Below, one piece after another: positions 25,761 through 38,039 of a stretch of DNA of 64,000 bases. The first letter of the stretch is position 1; the number at the start of each line of letters is the position of its first letter. The stretch is from Octopus bimaculoides. Taxonomy: Eukaryota. Both the position numbers and the translations under genes were made by a program. Where the stretch lies: assembly GCF_001194135.2 (NCBI RefSeq), contig NC_068981.1, positions 120,718,117 through 120,782,116 of the forward strand. Reading direction: 5' to 3'. The notes beneath the pieces are model-generated. The model worked only from the letters and a program-made list of their open reading frames with translations. It was not told the DNA's origin and did not search any database.

Positions 25761-26554
25761 TCTACATATGATATACATAAATATGTAATGATGTCGTCTG
25801 TGTGTGTGTTTGGGGTTACTGTAACACCTCCCACACCATCCAATCAATTTTAATGATTTTTGGCACAAAGGTAGATCACATGCTCTGAAGTTCAAATAAG
25901 GCCAGAATTTTTTGAAAACTTGATAATGCTCAGTTGGCATCGATTTTTGTGAGCTCAATCGGGCATTTGAATGGAAATTCCCATAACGATGTTATTTTTC
26001 CTGTAGCTTTTGCACTTTTCATTGATTTTGATGAAAATCAATGAGTGAGCGAGACTCATGGCAGTGAGTTGATGTCAGTATATGGCATTGACAAAAAATT
26101 GATAATTGCACCTAAGCAGTGGTTTTATAATACCAATAGGCTTTTTGCGTGCAAGTTCCCATAGGGATTTTATTTTGGGCTGTAACTTTTATATTTTCAT
26201 GTAAATGGTCACATGGATTCTATTTTATGTCATAACCTTAACGCTTTTCTTTGGATTTTGCTGAGACTAGACACACTGATCAATTTTTTTACAGAAGGTG
26301 ACATTAAGGGGAGAGAAATAAACAAACATCACTCACTGGGTCGAGGTATACTCAAAAGTTTGACTGCAATTTCAGACATACCAGTATGTAGGAGTGTGTC
26401 GAAAGCGTTAACCTGGTAAAATCCATGCCGAACCAGATATAACGTCCTAATGGATAATAGTTGGCTTGGGGAACATAGAAGATTTCTATACAAGGTCAGA
26501 GGTGGGCTTAACTTCAACACGGAAAACACAAGCAGTGCCAGGTCCAACAGCTAG
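25761..26554 (+). mobile_element. Non-autonomous Helitron-like element
   Basis: TC start followed by (TG)n and a caatcaattttaatgatttttggcacaaag block. The 3' end gcagtgccaggtccaacagCTAG is followed by T, as for Helitrons. The 5' flank is G rather than the expected A, and the terminal hairpin is degenerate. Confidence 0.5.
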
Positions 26555-27374
26555 TATCTACATATATACATATGTGTTAATGTAAGAGTGTGTGTGTGTG
26601 TGTGTGTGTTTGTATACACATGCATGTCTACATTTTTCTGTTTTGAGTGGCATGTATATTATGCATATATACGATGCATGTGAATTCTCCGCATATATTA
26701 TCTATGATTTTGTGTACTTCTCTGCATTTGTGTTTATATTCTACGTCTGTCTTATGATTGATTGTGCGAGCATGCACATATGTGACTGTGTTGTGTGTAT
26801 GTGTGGGTTTATGTATAATTATATTTATTTTGTTTGTGTATGTACCTGTGATATGCATGCGTGACTGTGCTGTGTACATATGTGGTCTTTGTTCATGTGC
26901 TATGTGCGTTATATGTTATATGTATTCACATATTATTACAGGTTCTTTTGTGCTTGTGTGCATGCATGTAGCAGCATGTGTCTGTGTGTATATGTGTACA
27001 GGTGGAAGGTGCTGGTGGTGTGGTTAAATATGTGTCACTAACAGCAACTAATGCAAGCAGGATTCGCTCTAGAACAAGCTAGACTATTCTTTAGACTGAT
27101 ATTGTAGTTACAGTAACTATATTTCTATTCATTGATTCATTAGAGTTTCATTGCTATCACTATGTGTTGTATGTGTCATTTAATGTCTATGTCACACACA
27201 CACACACACACACACACANNNNNNNNNNNNNNNNNNNNNNNNNNNNNNNNNNNNNNNNNNNNNNNNNNNNNNNNNNNNNNNNNNNNNNNNNNNNNNNNNN
27301 NNNNNNNNNNNNNNNNNNNNNNNNNNNNNNNNNNNNNNNNNNNNNNNNNNNNNNNNNNNNNNNNNNNNNNNNNN

Positions 27375-27427
<53 letters not shown>

Positions 27428-27600
27428 TTTACATGCTGAATTTCTTTCAATTTCTGTCTATCAAATCAACTGCAAAGCTTTGGCCAGCCCAGGGCTACTG
27501 TAGTAGATGCTGAAGGTGTCATGCAGCAGGACTGGACCGAAAACCACATGTCTGATAAGTGAACTTCTTAACCACACAGTCATATCTGCACCATAATATA

Positions 27601-27836
27601 TATATAATTGTTAAAGAGGACAACAAACGTTAAGGCAAGGCAAACATCTCAAGTCATATTTGAAAAAAAATTCAAAGTCATACGGCTGTTTCTGGGTTAT
27701 CCCAGAGTATGGGATATCCCAGAAACAGCTGTAAGTCTTTGAATTTTTTTTCCAATAATAATAATGTATATGACTTGAGATGTTTGCCTTAACGTTGTTT
27801 GCCTTAATGTTTGTTGTCCTCTTTAACAATTATATA
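27601..27836. mobile_element. Near-perfect fold-back (palindromic) MITE flanked by TA
   Basis: The left arm tataattgttaaagaggacaacaaac...ctgggttatccca pairs with the right arm tgggatatcccag...gtttgttgtcctctttaacaattata around a 5-nt loop (27705-27709). Two small indels and a few mismatches. Confidence 0.85.
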
Positions 27837-28208
27837 TGGGCTATATGGTAAATCTGCAATGGGTCCATAACTACCGTCTTGGCTATAACCTTGGAGCTTT
27901 AGTAATCCGTTACAGCACTTACCTAGCATACTGAATCATTTAGATCACCTATGAACTAAATTCCCGTATTTTCCATAATATACATATATGTGTGTGTGTA
28001 GGTATGGTGATGCATACAGGAAAAATGGAACTCAAAATATTAGTATATGTATATTTTTATTGATATTTAGCAGAAGCAACAGAGTAACTCAAGGACGAAG
28101 AGTTTTGTGCATTGACACTTATTGACTTGTAACTAGCTTGGTAAGTGCAAACGCATGAAACTCTCTGCCTTTGAGTCACTCTGTTGTGTCAACTAAATAT
28201 TAATAAGA

Positions 28209-28250
<42 letters not shown>

Positions 28251-29872
28251 GTTTATCAATTTGTTTTGTAAGGTTCCTGATGGGAAAACGTGTGTTGAAA
28301 CAGACATTGTTGTATTCCAGGCTGGTCATTTTATTTATTTATTTTTTTATTGGCAAAAATAAAAAAAGAAAATGAAATGACCATCATGAAATACAACAAC
28401 ATATATATATATATATATATNNNNNNNNNNNNNNNNNNNNNNNNNNNNNNNNNNNNNNNNNNNNNNNNNNNNNNNNNNNNNNNNNNNNNNNNNNNNNNNN
28501 NNNNNNNNNNNNNNNNNNNNNNNNNNNNNNNNNNNNNNNNNNNNNNNNNNNNNNNNNNNNNNNNNNNNNNNNNNNNNNNNNNNNNNNNNNNNNNNNNNNN
28601 NNNNNNNNNNNNNNNNNNNNNNNNNNNNNNNNNNNNNNNNNNNNNNNNNNNNNNNNNNNNNNNNNNNNNNNNNTATATATATATATATATATATATATGT
28701 AGGAAGTATGAGATGAATATATTTATTTCACTAGTTGATCTCCTTAGGGTGACAGCCATTTCACAGCTAACATCATGCAAACATAATTTATTTTAGTACA
28801 AAGAATAAGTCCTGGGGTTCATTCGTTCGACTAAAGGCGGTGTTCCAGCATGGCCGCAGTCAAATGACTGAAACAAGTAAAAGTATAAGAATAAAAGAAA
28901 TACCTACCTACCTACCTACATACATACATAAATACATATATATTCTTTTTTTATTTTAATTGTTTCAATCTTTTTGACTGTGGCCATGCTGGAGCACCAT
29001 GTTGAGGGTTTTAGTTGAACAAATCGGCCTCAGGACTTATTATTTGAAGCCTACTACTTATTGTATCGATTTCTTTTGCTGAACTGCTAAGTTACGGAGG
29101 CATAAACACGCCAACACCAGTTGTCAAGCGGTGAAGTAGGAACTGACACAGACACAAAGATACGACAGTCTTTTTTCAGTTTCTGTCAACCAATTCTACT
29201 CACAAGGCTTTGGTTAGCCCGAAGCTCTTGTAGAAGACGCTTGCTCAAGGTGCCACTCAGTGGGACTGAACCTGGAACCATGTGGTTGGGGAAGCAAGCT
29301 TCTTAACCCACAGCCATGCCTGTGCCTATGTCATGCCTGTACGTATGTCATGCCTGCGCCTATGTCATGCCTGCACCTACACACAGACACACACACACAC
29401 ACACACACATCTCCTTGCTTTGGCATAATGTAATAGTTTGAAATGAATGTCATTGTTATACAAATGCTATCCTTTGTTTATAGTCTTGTGTAAAAACATG
29501 TACAGTTACAGGGAAATAATACCTTACTAGTAAACAAGTGAGGTTTAGTGGCTGTAAGAGCATCTCGCCATAGAAAATCTCCCTCGACGAATTCCCTCTG
29601 ACCCATTCAAGCATGGAACACTGGATTTTAAAAATACAAGAGTGATGATATTATTTTATTGTATATATAAATGTGTGTGAGTTTTTGTGTGTGTGTGCAT
29701 GCACACCCATATAGATGTGTAGTTAAGAAGCTCAAAACCCAAAGACATGGTTTTGGGTTCAGTTCCACTGTGTGGACCTCAAGCAAGTGTCTTATGTTAT
29801 ACTATAGGGATGATGATAGTCTTGTGAGTGAATTTGGTAGATGCAAACTGAAAGAAGCCCATGAGATATGTA

Positions 29873-30100
29873 CAAGGTGATTGAAAAGTAACTTCCTGTT
29901 TTAAAATACCTATAAATTATTTAGCAATTGTAATTCCTGGGTGACTCAAGAAGCTGGTGGCGACATCTGGCGCCCATATTGAATTTTATATAAAACCTCA
30001 TACTAAAAGTTGTTCTCTGATATCCATTTTTATGTAAAAATTACAATTAATAAATAATTAGTAAGTATTTTAAAATAGGGTGTTGCCTGTCAATTACCAT
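29873..30100. mobile_element. Tc1/mariner-type MITE with ~60-bp imperfect TIRs
   Basis: Left aggtgattgaaaagtaacttcctgttttaaaatacctataaattatttagcaattgtaatt versus the reverse complement of the right end tggtaattgacaggcaacaccctattttaaaatacttactaattatttattaattgtaatt. TA flanks. Confidence 0.7.
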
Positions 30101-31269
30101 ATATATATATATATATATATANNNNNNNNNNNNNNNNNNNNNNNNNNNNNNNNNNNNNNNNNNNNNNNNNNNNNNNNNNNNNNNNNNNNNNNNNNNNNNN
30201 NNNNNNNNNNNNNNNNNNNNNNNNNNNNNNNNNNNNNNNNNNNNNNNNNNNNNNNNNNNNNNNNNNNNNNNNNNNNNNNNNNNNNNNNNNNNNNNNNNNN
30301 NNNNNNNNNNNNNNNNNNNNNNNNNNNNNNNNNNNNNNNNNNNNNNNNNNNNNNNNNNNNNNNNNNNNNNNNNNNNNNNNNNNNNNNNNNNNNNNNNNNN
30401 NNNNNNNNNNNNNNNNNNNNNNAAATATAATTAAACAAAAGGAATGAAGATAGTCCATGGTTACTCTTCACAAATATATAGATATTCAGAAATTACATAA
30501 ACAAAAATACAATTGAGAAGATAGAAGAAAATTCATGATAATCTTTTACAGCCGTTTTAGGGATTCAGTAATAAATTGATGCAATAATGTACATTATGCA
30601 CACATAGGTATCTAATAAATAGATGTTAACATATAAATATGAAATTAATTTGATCCCTTCATCTGAAGAAACATATTTCTAGTATTTGCAGATGCTATAT
30701 AGTAAACCTTACATAAAAAAAAAGAGAGAAAAGGTAGGTGCATAGGCAATTTGATAAAGGTTTAGAAGTAAAAGCAAGCTCATATTAGAAAAAGTGAGCC
30801 AGAGAATAAGGGGAAAATATATAGAAGAATGAAAGATGAAAGAAAAAGAATGAAGCAAGACAAGAAACGAGAGAGATAGGAAGAACATCTATAGTTGATA
30901 AACAACTATTCAGATGCCAATATGGCAATACAGTTAGGCATATCATAAATCATACTATAAGGATGTTGGGTAGGGATGAATATCATAGAGAAATGATGGA
31001 GGAGAAAGAGTGAAGGAATGCGTGAAAACTAAAAGGGTGATAACATTAGAAATATATAAGAAGGTGCTGTAAATATAACTTTATATAATATTAAGTTGTA
31101 TAGTTAAAGATTTAAGTCTAAGAGATGTAAATATCTATTATAATGAAGGATAATGAAATCAAACTATTCCAAGAAAAATGTAAATATATCCGGATTGGGT
31201 TAAATCAAGGTTATGACAAGTAGATACAATGAAGTGAAAGTAAGCTATCATCTAATACAAATAAGGAAG

Positions 31270-31700
31270 CATGTCTTAAAAAATCAATGTCAGCAAAAAG
31301 AAGTCGTGTTTTTCATCAATTCAGAAGATGGTCACTATTCTCTCTTAATACTTCAATAGATTCTTTGCGTCAAAGATCACATAGAATGGGACTACCTTTG
31401 TAAGGCCTTCAGGTTTTAATAATAAATCAGGTAACATTACAAGAAATATTATTGTCCTTGAGACAGTGTGTATAGTTTGCTAATGTGGTAGATGATTTAC
31501 ATTTTGCTGAATGAAATGAACTAAGGTGTGGTAAATAATATCTCTTAAATTCAATGGAAGATTTAATATATCTTTTGGTTAAATTTTGGTGTCCATTATG
31601 TGCAGTGATTCTGTAAATGGCAGTATATCTCAAGAAGTAGCCATTCAAAGGGCAACTATTGGGTGTTCTACAATTACATGTATTTTTTTTTATCATATTT
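31270..31700 (-). mobile_element. Penelope-like element, GIY-YIG endonuclease fragment
   Basis: CNCRTPNSCPLNGYFLRYTAIYRITAH...KRYIK...FKRYYLPHLSSF...STTLANYTHCLKDNNI...RPYKGSPILCDL matches the PLE CNC..CPL.G linker plus GIY-YIG domain. Confidence 0.85.
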
Positions 31701-33689
31701 TAAATTACAATCCTTGTCTGTCCTGATAGAGTTATTATTCATATTCATGTGTTATTCTTTTGTGGCATTGCAATGTGTGAGCAAAATGGTAAATTTTAAT
31801 AAAACCTTATTGCAATGCAAGTGAGGAATAAAACAGAATAAAATATGGTATTGCCAATAAATAACAAAGACATAGAAATGTCTACTATTCTGCTTTAATA
31901 TTCCAATATTTCAGGATAAAAAAAAATCCCTTCTTCAGGTAGCATGAGAAGAGTTTTCTCTGACACTTCATAACCAGCTCAGTATGTCTTCTGATAGAAA
32001 ACTGTCTTTTTTTGTATTATAGCTTAGCAGTCTTCATGTTAAAGAGGGAGTAGTGTCATGTGCAGGTCATGTTTATATTGCTCATACAATTATTAACAAT
32101 ACATATGCCACTATATTATGATGATATTTCCATTGTTATTAACATGAATATTGCGGAGAAGTTCTTTGTAGGCAATATTAATGTTAAGGGCGTATGTACA
32201 GTAGTCCCCCTAGCTGTTGGGGAAATGGGTAGCCTGGACTTCTGTTTAAAGTTACTGGCCTTAAATGAAATAGTTTCTAGTCTATAGTGAAACTTGTGTC
32301 TCTTCTACTTGACCCTTTGGCAATATTTTGAATGAAATACATCAAGTATATATTTCAGTTGTTCTGAAAATAATGAAGAATTTAGGGGGAATTAGGAAAA
32401 TACATAACCTTTTCATTATAAAGCTGATGTATGGAGCATAAATTATAATTCTCCCATAAAATTAAAATGGAAAACTTTAATTAGAAATGAAATTTTTGAA
32501 GCAAGCTGTTTTATGCAATATAACCAAAGAAAGTTTCAGATGGGTCATTATTCAAAAACTCTGATGCTGCAGAAACATGAATGAAACACTGACTATAACA
32601 ACCCTTGTTATTCCTGATAAGATTAAAAATCTTAATGGCTTATCTTACTGATTGATCATTTTTGTATTCACCTTCCTGAAAAATGTGAGATTCAAATCAA
32701 ATAACTATTGGCAAAGATCAGTAGAGATTGCTGGAATGATAATTTTGCTGAGTGATTGATTGGTTATATAGAACCAAGGAATCATTTTCAAACTGCTTTC
32801 TGATAGATTTTTTTCTCTACAGGGAATTCATTAAAATTTCTGATTATGCATATTCTAATATGTATTAGCTTTATGCTAAATTCAGTGTAAATTCAGACAT
32901 GTCTTTCTTTCTTTGTGTGTGGACAGTGTTTATCATCAGCACCAGAATGAAAATTTGTCAATGTTGAAACAAGAAAAAGAAAAAAAAATTATAACTAATA
33001 TTCATTCCTTTTATTTTATTTTGCAAATTTTACAATCCTTGATCACTTGTCTTGGCAAGGACACTGTCAAAACCAGTGTCTTTTTCAGGATGAGAAGGTT
33101 TTTAGTTCTCAAAACAGCTGATGTTTTTTTAAAAGATGGTACAAATTTGATCAAGAGTAAAACATTGAATTGACACAAGCAGTAGATAGATAAACTGAGT
33201 AAACACCATGTAGAATTTAGTTGTCTTCTTTCATTCTGAGTTCAAATACTGGGGTCTATATGACTGACTGTATTTCACTTGCCTTGTATCTATGTTACAA
33301 ATCAATATTAGAGTATATATCTTGGAATGTCTGTTACACACCCACATACATGCATGCACGTATGCACACACACACACACACACACGTGCATGCACACAAT
33401 TTAGATCTCAATTCAAAAAAATTTGCTGCCTGGCTGATTGGAACACAATCAGTTATCAAAACACTTCAGCCATTGGCTACCATCACTGGAATGTTTTATT
33501 CCTCTGAGCTGAGAAATTCAGCTAGTTCTACCCAAATCCACTCATTACTATCATCTCTACTCTTGTCATCCCTACTCTGTCTTACTCATCAGGCTCTGCA
33601 CTGAATACTTGCCTGATCTATCCTATCCAGACATGTGGCCTTATGGAACTTTCTCTTGGCTCTTATTGACATTGATCAAGAAAAGTTTA

Positions 33690-34290
33690 CTTATGGTATT
33701 ATCAGCACAGAGTTTACTAAAATGCAAGGTCTACAATGACTTCATCACTTGCTTGGTTTAGTTAATAATAATAGATCACAAACCATAGAGAGTGGCGGAG
33801 TCAGAGACTAGCAAAATCCTCTGGGATTTCCCAATCCAAACAGATCAAGTGCTAGAGCATAACAAACCAAACCTAGTGGTGGTTGACAAGATGCACCACA
33901 TGTTCTATATAGTTGATGTTGCATGTCCGTTTGACCCATAAATAGTCAAAAGGAAGGCGAAAAAATAAATACAACCCTCTTAAGTATGAAATAGCCTGGC
34001 TATGGAAAATGAAGAACATGAAGATAGTGCCAATTACTGTTGGGTCCTTGGGGACAATGGCAGAAGGCATCAAGAGGAATATAAAGGAAATTGGAATAGA
34101 GTGTCAAGTAGAACTGTTACAAAAAATTTGCCTTCTTGGCATGACCAGAATAATCAGGAAAGTATTAGACACCTGAAAAGAACGGATAACATGGTACCAT
34201 AGGCTGCAGGTAGCAAGCCTGCTATGCATGCAAGACTCTAAGAGTTTCAACAAAACCTGTGATAAAAAGAAATAATAATGATAATAAATT
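33690..34290 (+). mobile_element. R4/Dong-like non-LTR retrotransposon 3' end with restriction-like endonuclease and (AAT)n tail
   Basis: 33813-34176 reads KILWDFPIQTDQVLEHNKPNLVVVDK...IVDVACPFD...KY.PLKYEIAWLWKMK...VPITVGSLG...LLQKICLLGMTRIIRKVLDT* (one stop, one frameshift), which is the RLE PD..D motif region. Confidence 0.88.
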
Positions 34291-34505
34291 CCTGAACTTG
34301 TGGTAAAATTGGAAAGAATCATTAGGGGTGGGAGTAAGTCAATTATATCGACCCCAGTGTACATATTTTAGTACATATTTTATTGACCCTAAAAGGATGA
34401 AAGACAAAATCGACCTTGGTGTCATTCGAATTGAGAATGTAAAGATGGATGAAATACCGCTAAGCGTCTTGACCAGCATGTTAACGATTCCGGTAGCTTG
34501 CTGTC

Positions 34506-34537
<32 letters not shown>

Positions 34538-35447
34538 TAAGAAGATTGATGTATCTCTGTCATTTATTACAAATTACATCACAATTTTCTTGTTGATAAT
34601 AATAATAATAATAATAATAATATTCCTTTCTACTAAAGGCACACGGCCTGAAATTTTGATGGGAGGGGACTAGTCAATTACATCAACTCTAGTGTTTCAC
34701 TGGTACTTAATTTATTGACCCTGAAAGGATGAAAGGCAAAGTCGACCCCTGCGGCATTTGAACTCAGAATGTAAAGTTGGATGAAATGTCATTGAGCATT
34801 TTGCCTAGTGTGCTAATGATTCTGCCAGCTCACTGCCTTGCTTATTATAATAATAACAAGAGCACTCAGAGAGCACAAACCTCTGCCAAGGCAACACCAA
34901 TGTCTTCTTAACAATTAGCTGGAGATGATTTTTAAAATGAGAATATCTGAAATAAACTTGACTGCTCTCACAAATGAGAATACTAAAAATGAACATGAAT
35001 GCTCTCAAAAATCAAGTAAAAAAAAAAACAGAAAAATAATCCAGAATCCTTGTCTGGTATCAGATCAATCCCAAAATCTAATCAGTTCATGACAGTCACG
35101 AGGCCAAGCATCTCTCAAAGTTTCATCCGAATTCATTTAGCAGTTCTTGAGATATCTTGTCCATGGACACACAAACAAACATAACTGAAAACAATACCTC
35201 TGCCTTAGCGAAGGCAGAGGTAATAATACTTTCTATTGAAGGTACAAGGCCTGAAAATTGTGGAGAGAGGACTAGTCAATTACACTGGCCCTAATATTTC
35301 ACTGGTACTTAATTTATTGACCCCGAAAAGATGAAAGGCAAAGTCAATCTTGGTGGAATTTGAACTCAGAACATAGTGATGGGCAAAATACCACTAAACA
35401 TTTCATCCAGTGTGCTAATGATTCTGCCAGCTTACCACCTTGCTTAT

Positions 35448-35485
<38 letters not shown>

Positions 35486-35680
35486 TGATGATAATAATCC
35501 TTTCTACTATAGGCACAAGGCCTGAAATTCTGGGGGAGGAGGGATAGTCGATTACATTGACCCCAGTGCTTAACTGGTACTTATTTTACTGACTCCGAAA
35601 TAATGAAAGGCAAAGTCAACCTCAGCTGAATTAAGCATTTTGTCCAGTGTGTTAATGATTCTGCCAGCTCACCACCTTGC

Positions 35681-35715
<35 letters not shown>

Positions 35716-35900
35716 GTTATAATTCTTCTTCAACTTTGGCACAAGGCCAGGAGTTTTGAGGAGAGGGGCAGAGCAAATCAATTACATCTACCACAGTGTT
35801 CACCTTGTACTTACTCTATTGACCCTAAAAGGATGAAAGGTAAAGTCAACATTGGCAGCTGAAAGAAATGTCACAAAGCATTCTGTTTGGTGCAGTAAAG
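34290..35900 (-). mobile_element. Cluster of five co-oriented family-2 SINEs separated mostly by (AAT)n
   Basis: Copies at ~34290-34507, 34621-34840, 35226-35442, 35497-35680 and 35725-35900, each with ggatgaaaggcaaagtc-like and (first four) attctgccagct-like blocks. Confidence 0.85.
34855..35221. mobile_element. Helentron-type non-autonomous element (HINE/DINE-1-like)
   Basis: Terminal 11-bp hairpin acctctgcctt-agcg-aaggcagaggt (35196-35221) and a subterminal repeat acctctgccaaggc (34879-34892). Ends aacaagagcactc... and ...ggtaataa. Confidence 0.65.
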
Positions 35901-38039
35901 ATTTGACAAGTAAATAATTCTATAGTGATAGAATTTACTTGTTCTCTTACCAAAGAACTTGTATTAGCAGCCAAATATCCCTAAGGTCACAATGAAGGAA
36001 GGACACATTGGATACCATGGTCTCGGATGCAGCATAACTAAATAAAAGATGGGATGGTCACAACTGGTATGCTCTTGATTTTAGGTTCAGTAAGGGCTAA
36101 TCTGGTGTGTGGAAGCTTGGGTTAATCAACCACCAGTATCACAACAGCAGTAGTAGCAGCAAGGAGGAAGGAGCTTGTTACAAATATAGATCTATCATGA
36201 AGTAACAACAGTGGCACTAAAAAAAAAAAAAAAAAAATTACTTGGAAGCAAGCAAATGGAAACTGATTATTGCAATAAGGAAACACTAAGAAAATTTAAA
36301 AAAAAAACCAAAAGACAAAAAAAAATCCTATATAATGTAACAATATAGTACAAACTGGAAACTAATTACACCAAAGAGGAGAAAGATGCGGATAAGAATA
36401 AAACAACAAAAATTTAAAACNNNNNNNNNNNNNNNNNNNNNNNNNNNNNNNNNNNNNNNNNNNNNNNNNNNNNNNNNNTAAAAAAAAAAAAAAAAAAAAA
36501 AAATGAAATAAAAAGCAATAGAAAGAAAATCCTTTCCATGGTCAATATCCTGCAAACCTCAACAGAAAGGAAGTGAGTCAGTATGAAAGCTAACAATGGC
36601 TCAAAAGCTCTGTACTAAAGGCAGAAATGGAAGGTTGGCTTTTAACTGCATAAGATCAATGCCTTTCCATGAAATATTACAAAAAATATAATAATGAAGC
36701 TAGAAACTAACATCAATTGCCGGTTATACAATCAGCACAAATCAACAGTTGACTAGAATAATATATATGTGTTTGTTTGTTTGTGTATGTGTGTGTAATT
36801 ATTTAGGTTCATACTTGGTCATGTATGCATGCAATGTCCATTAGGCAATATGCCAGCATTTTGACACAAAATCTGAGAATATGTGGTATAGACATTCACC
36901 AAGTAAGGAGTGAGGTATGTGGTAATGACCTTGTCTTTGATAATCTGAGGGGGTCATCTGTTCAGACTAATATTAATAAGGGGAACAAATGACCCAAATA
37001 TCATAACCAAATATATGGATTGAAAAATCTATGTACTCTGATTGACATCTTGATTTCTTTCAACTAAAACGTTACACACACACACACACACAAAATTTAA
37101 AACACCTGTTTTTGCCCCTCGTTTACACTTCCATCTCTATACTTTAACCTCTCATCACTTGACATAGAGCTACCTCCATTTAGTACTATTTTCCACCTCG
37201 TTTAACGCTTTAGTAATCAGATTATTCTGTCAAATGTAATGTTTGTTTGTTTATATTGTTTTGAATTAATCATGTGTTATCATGTGTTTAGAGATATTGA
37301 TGGGTGTGATTGTTTAGTTTTAGAATGACATTGTTGGGTTGTGGTTAGAGGCCAGATCTGGCCATTTTCAACATAGGCTAAATATTTCAACCTGATATGG
37401 CTGGTTTGAATGCTAAAGGGTTAAGGGAGTCTTCTGTTTTTTTGTGAGTTACTTGGTGATTTTACTCATGTTGGTGCCATGTCAAAAAAGCATCCTGTAC
37501 ACTCTTTTAAGTAGTTGGCATTAGGAAGGTCAACCAGCTGTAGGAACCATGCCATGCCAGCCCCTTGTTAAACTGACCAACCCATGCCAGTATGGAGAAT
37601 GGATGTTAGATGATTATAATGATAATGATTGTGGCAGTGGTGGTAGGGGTGGTGGTGGTACCTTGAGGTAAGTAAATGAGGAATATGAATGTAAAAAATC
37701 TACATTTTTCTTTTTCATACCCAGAACACCAATTATTATAGGTAAACAAAAGCCATAGAAGGTTTTGTAACTTAACATTCCATCTATGTGCCAAAGTACA
37801 TAGTCTGTACATAATATTATCAGTACAGTAGTACAACCCACTGTTGTAAGGAATTAGTAATAATGGTACATCCCTCCCACATGATGAATAGAATAACCTA
37901 GTCACTATAAGTAAAGTGAAGTACGTGAAGTACCAGAGTATGTAGTAGGTGGTCAGAGATAGTCGTGTCTTTACTGGTTTTACTAAGTATACTGTATACT
38001 GACATGGGTGTTATAACAATCCAACATTTTAATGATTAC

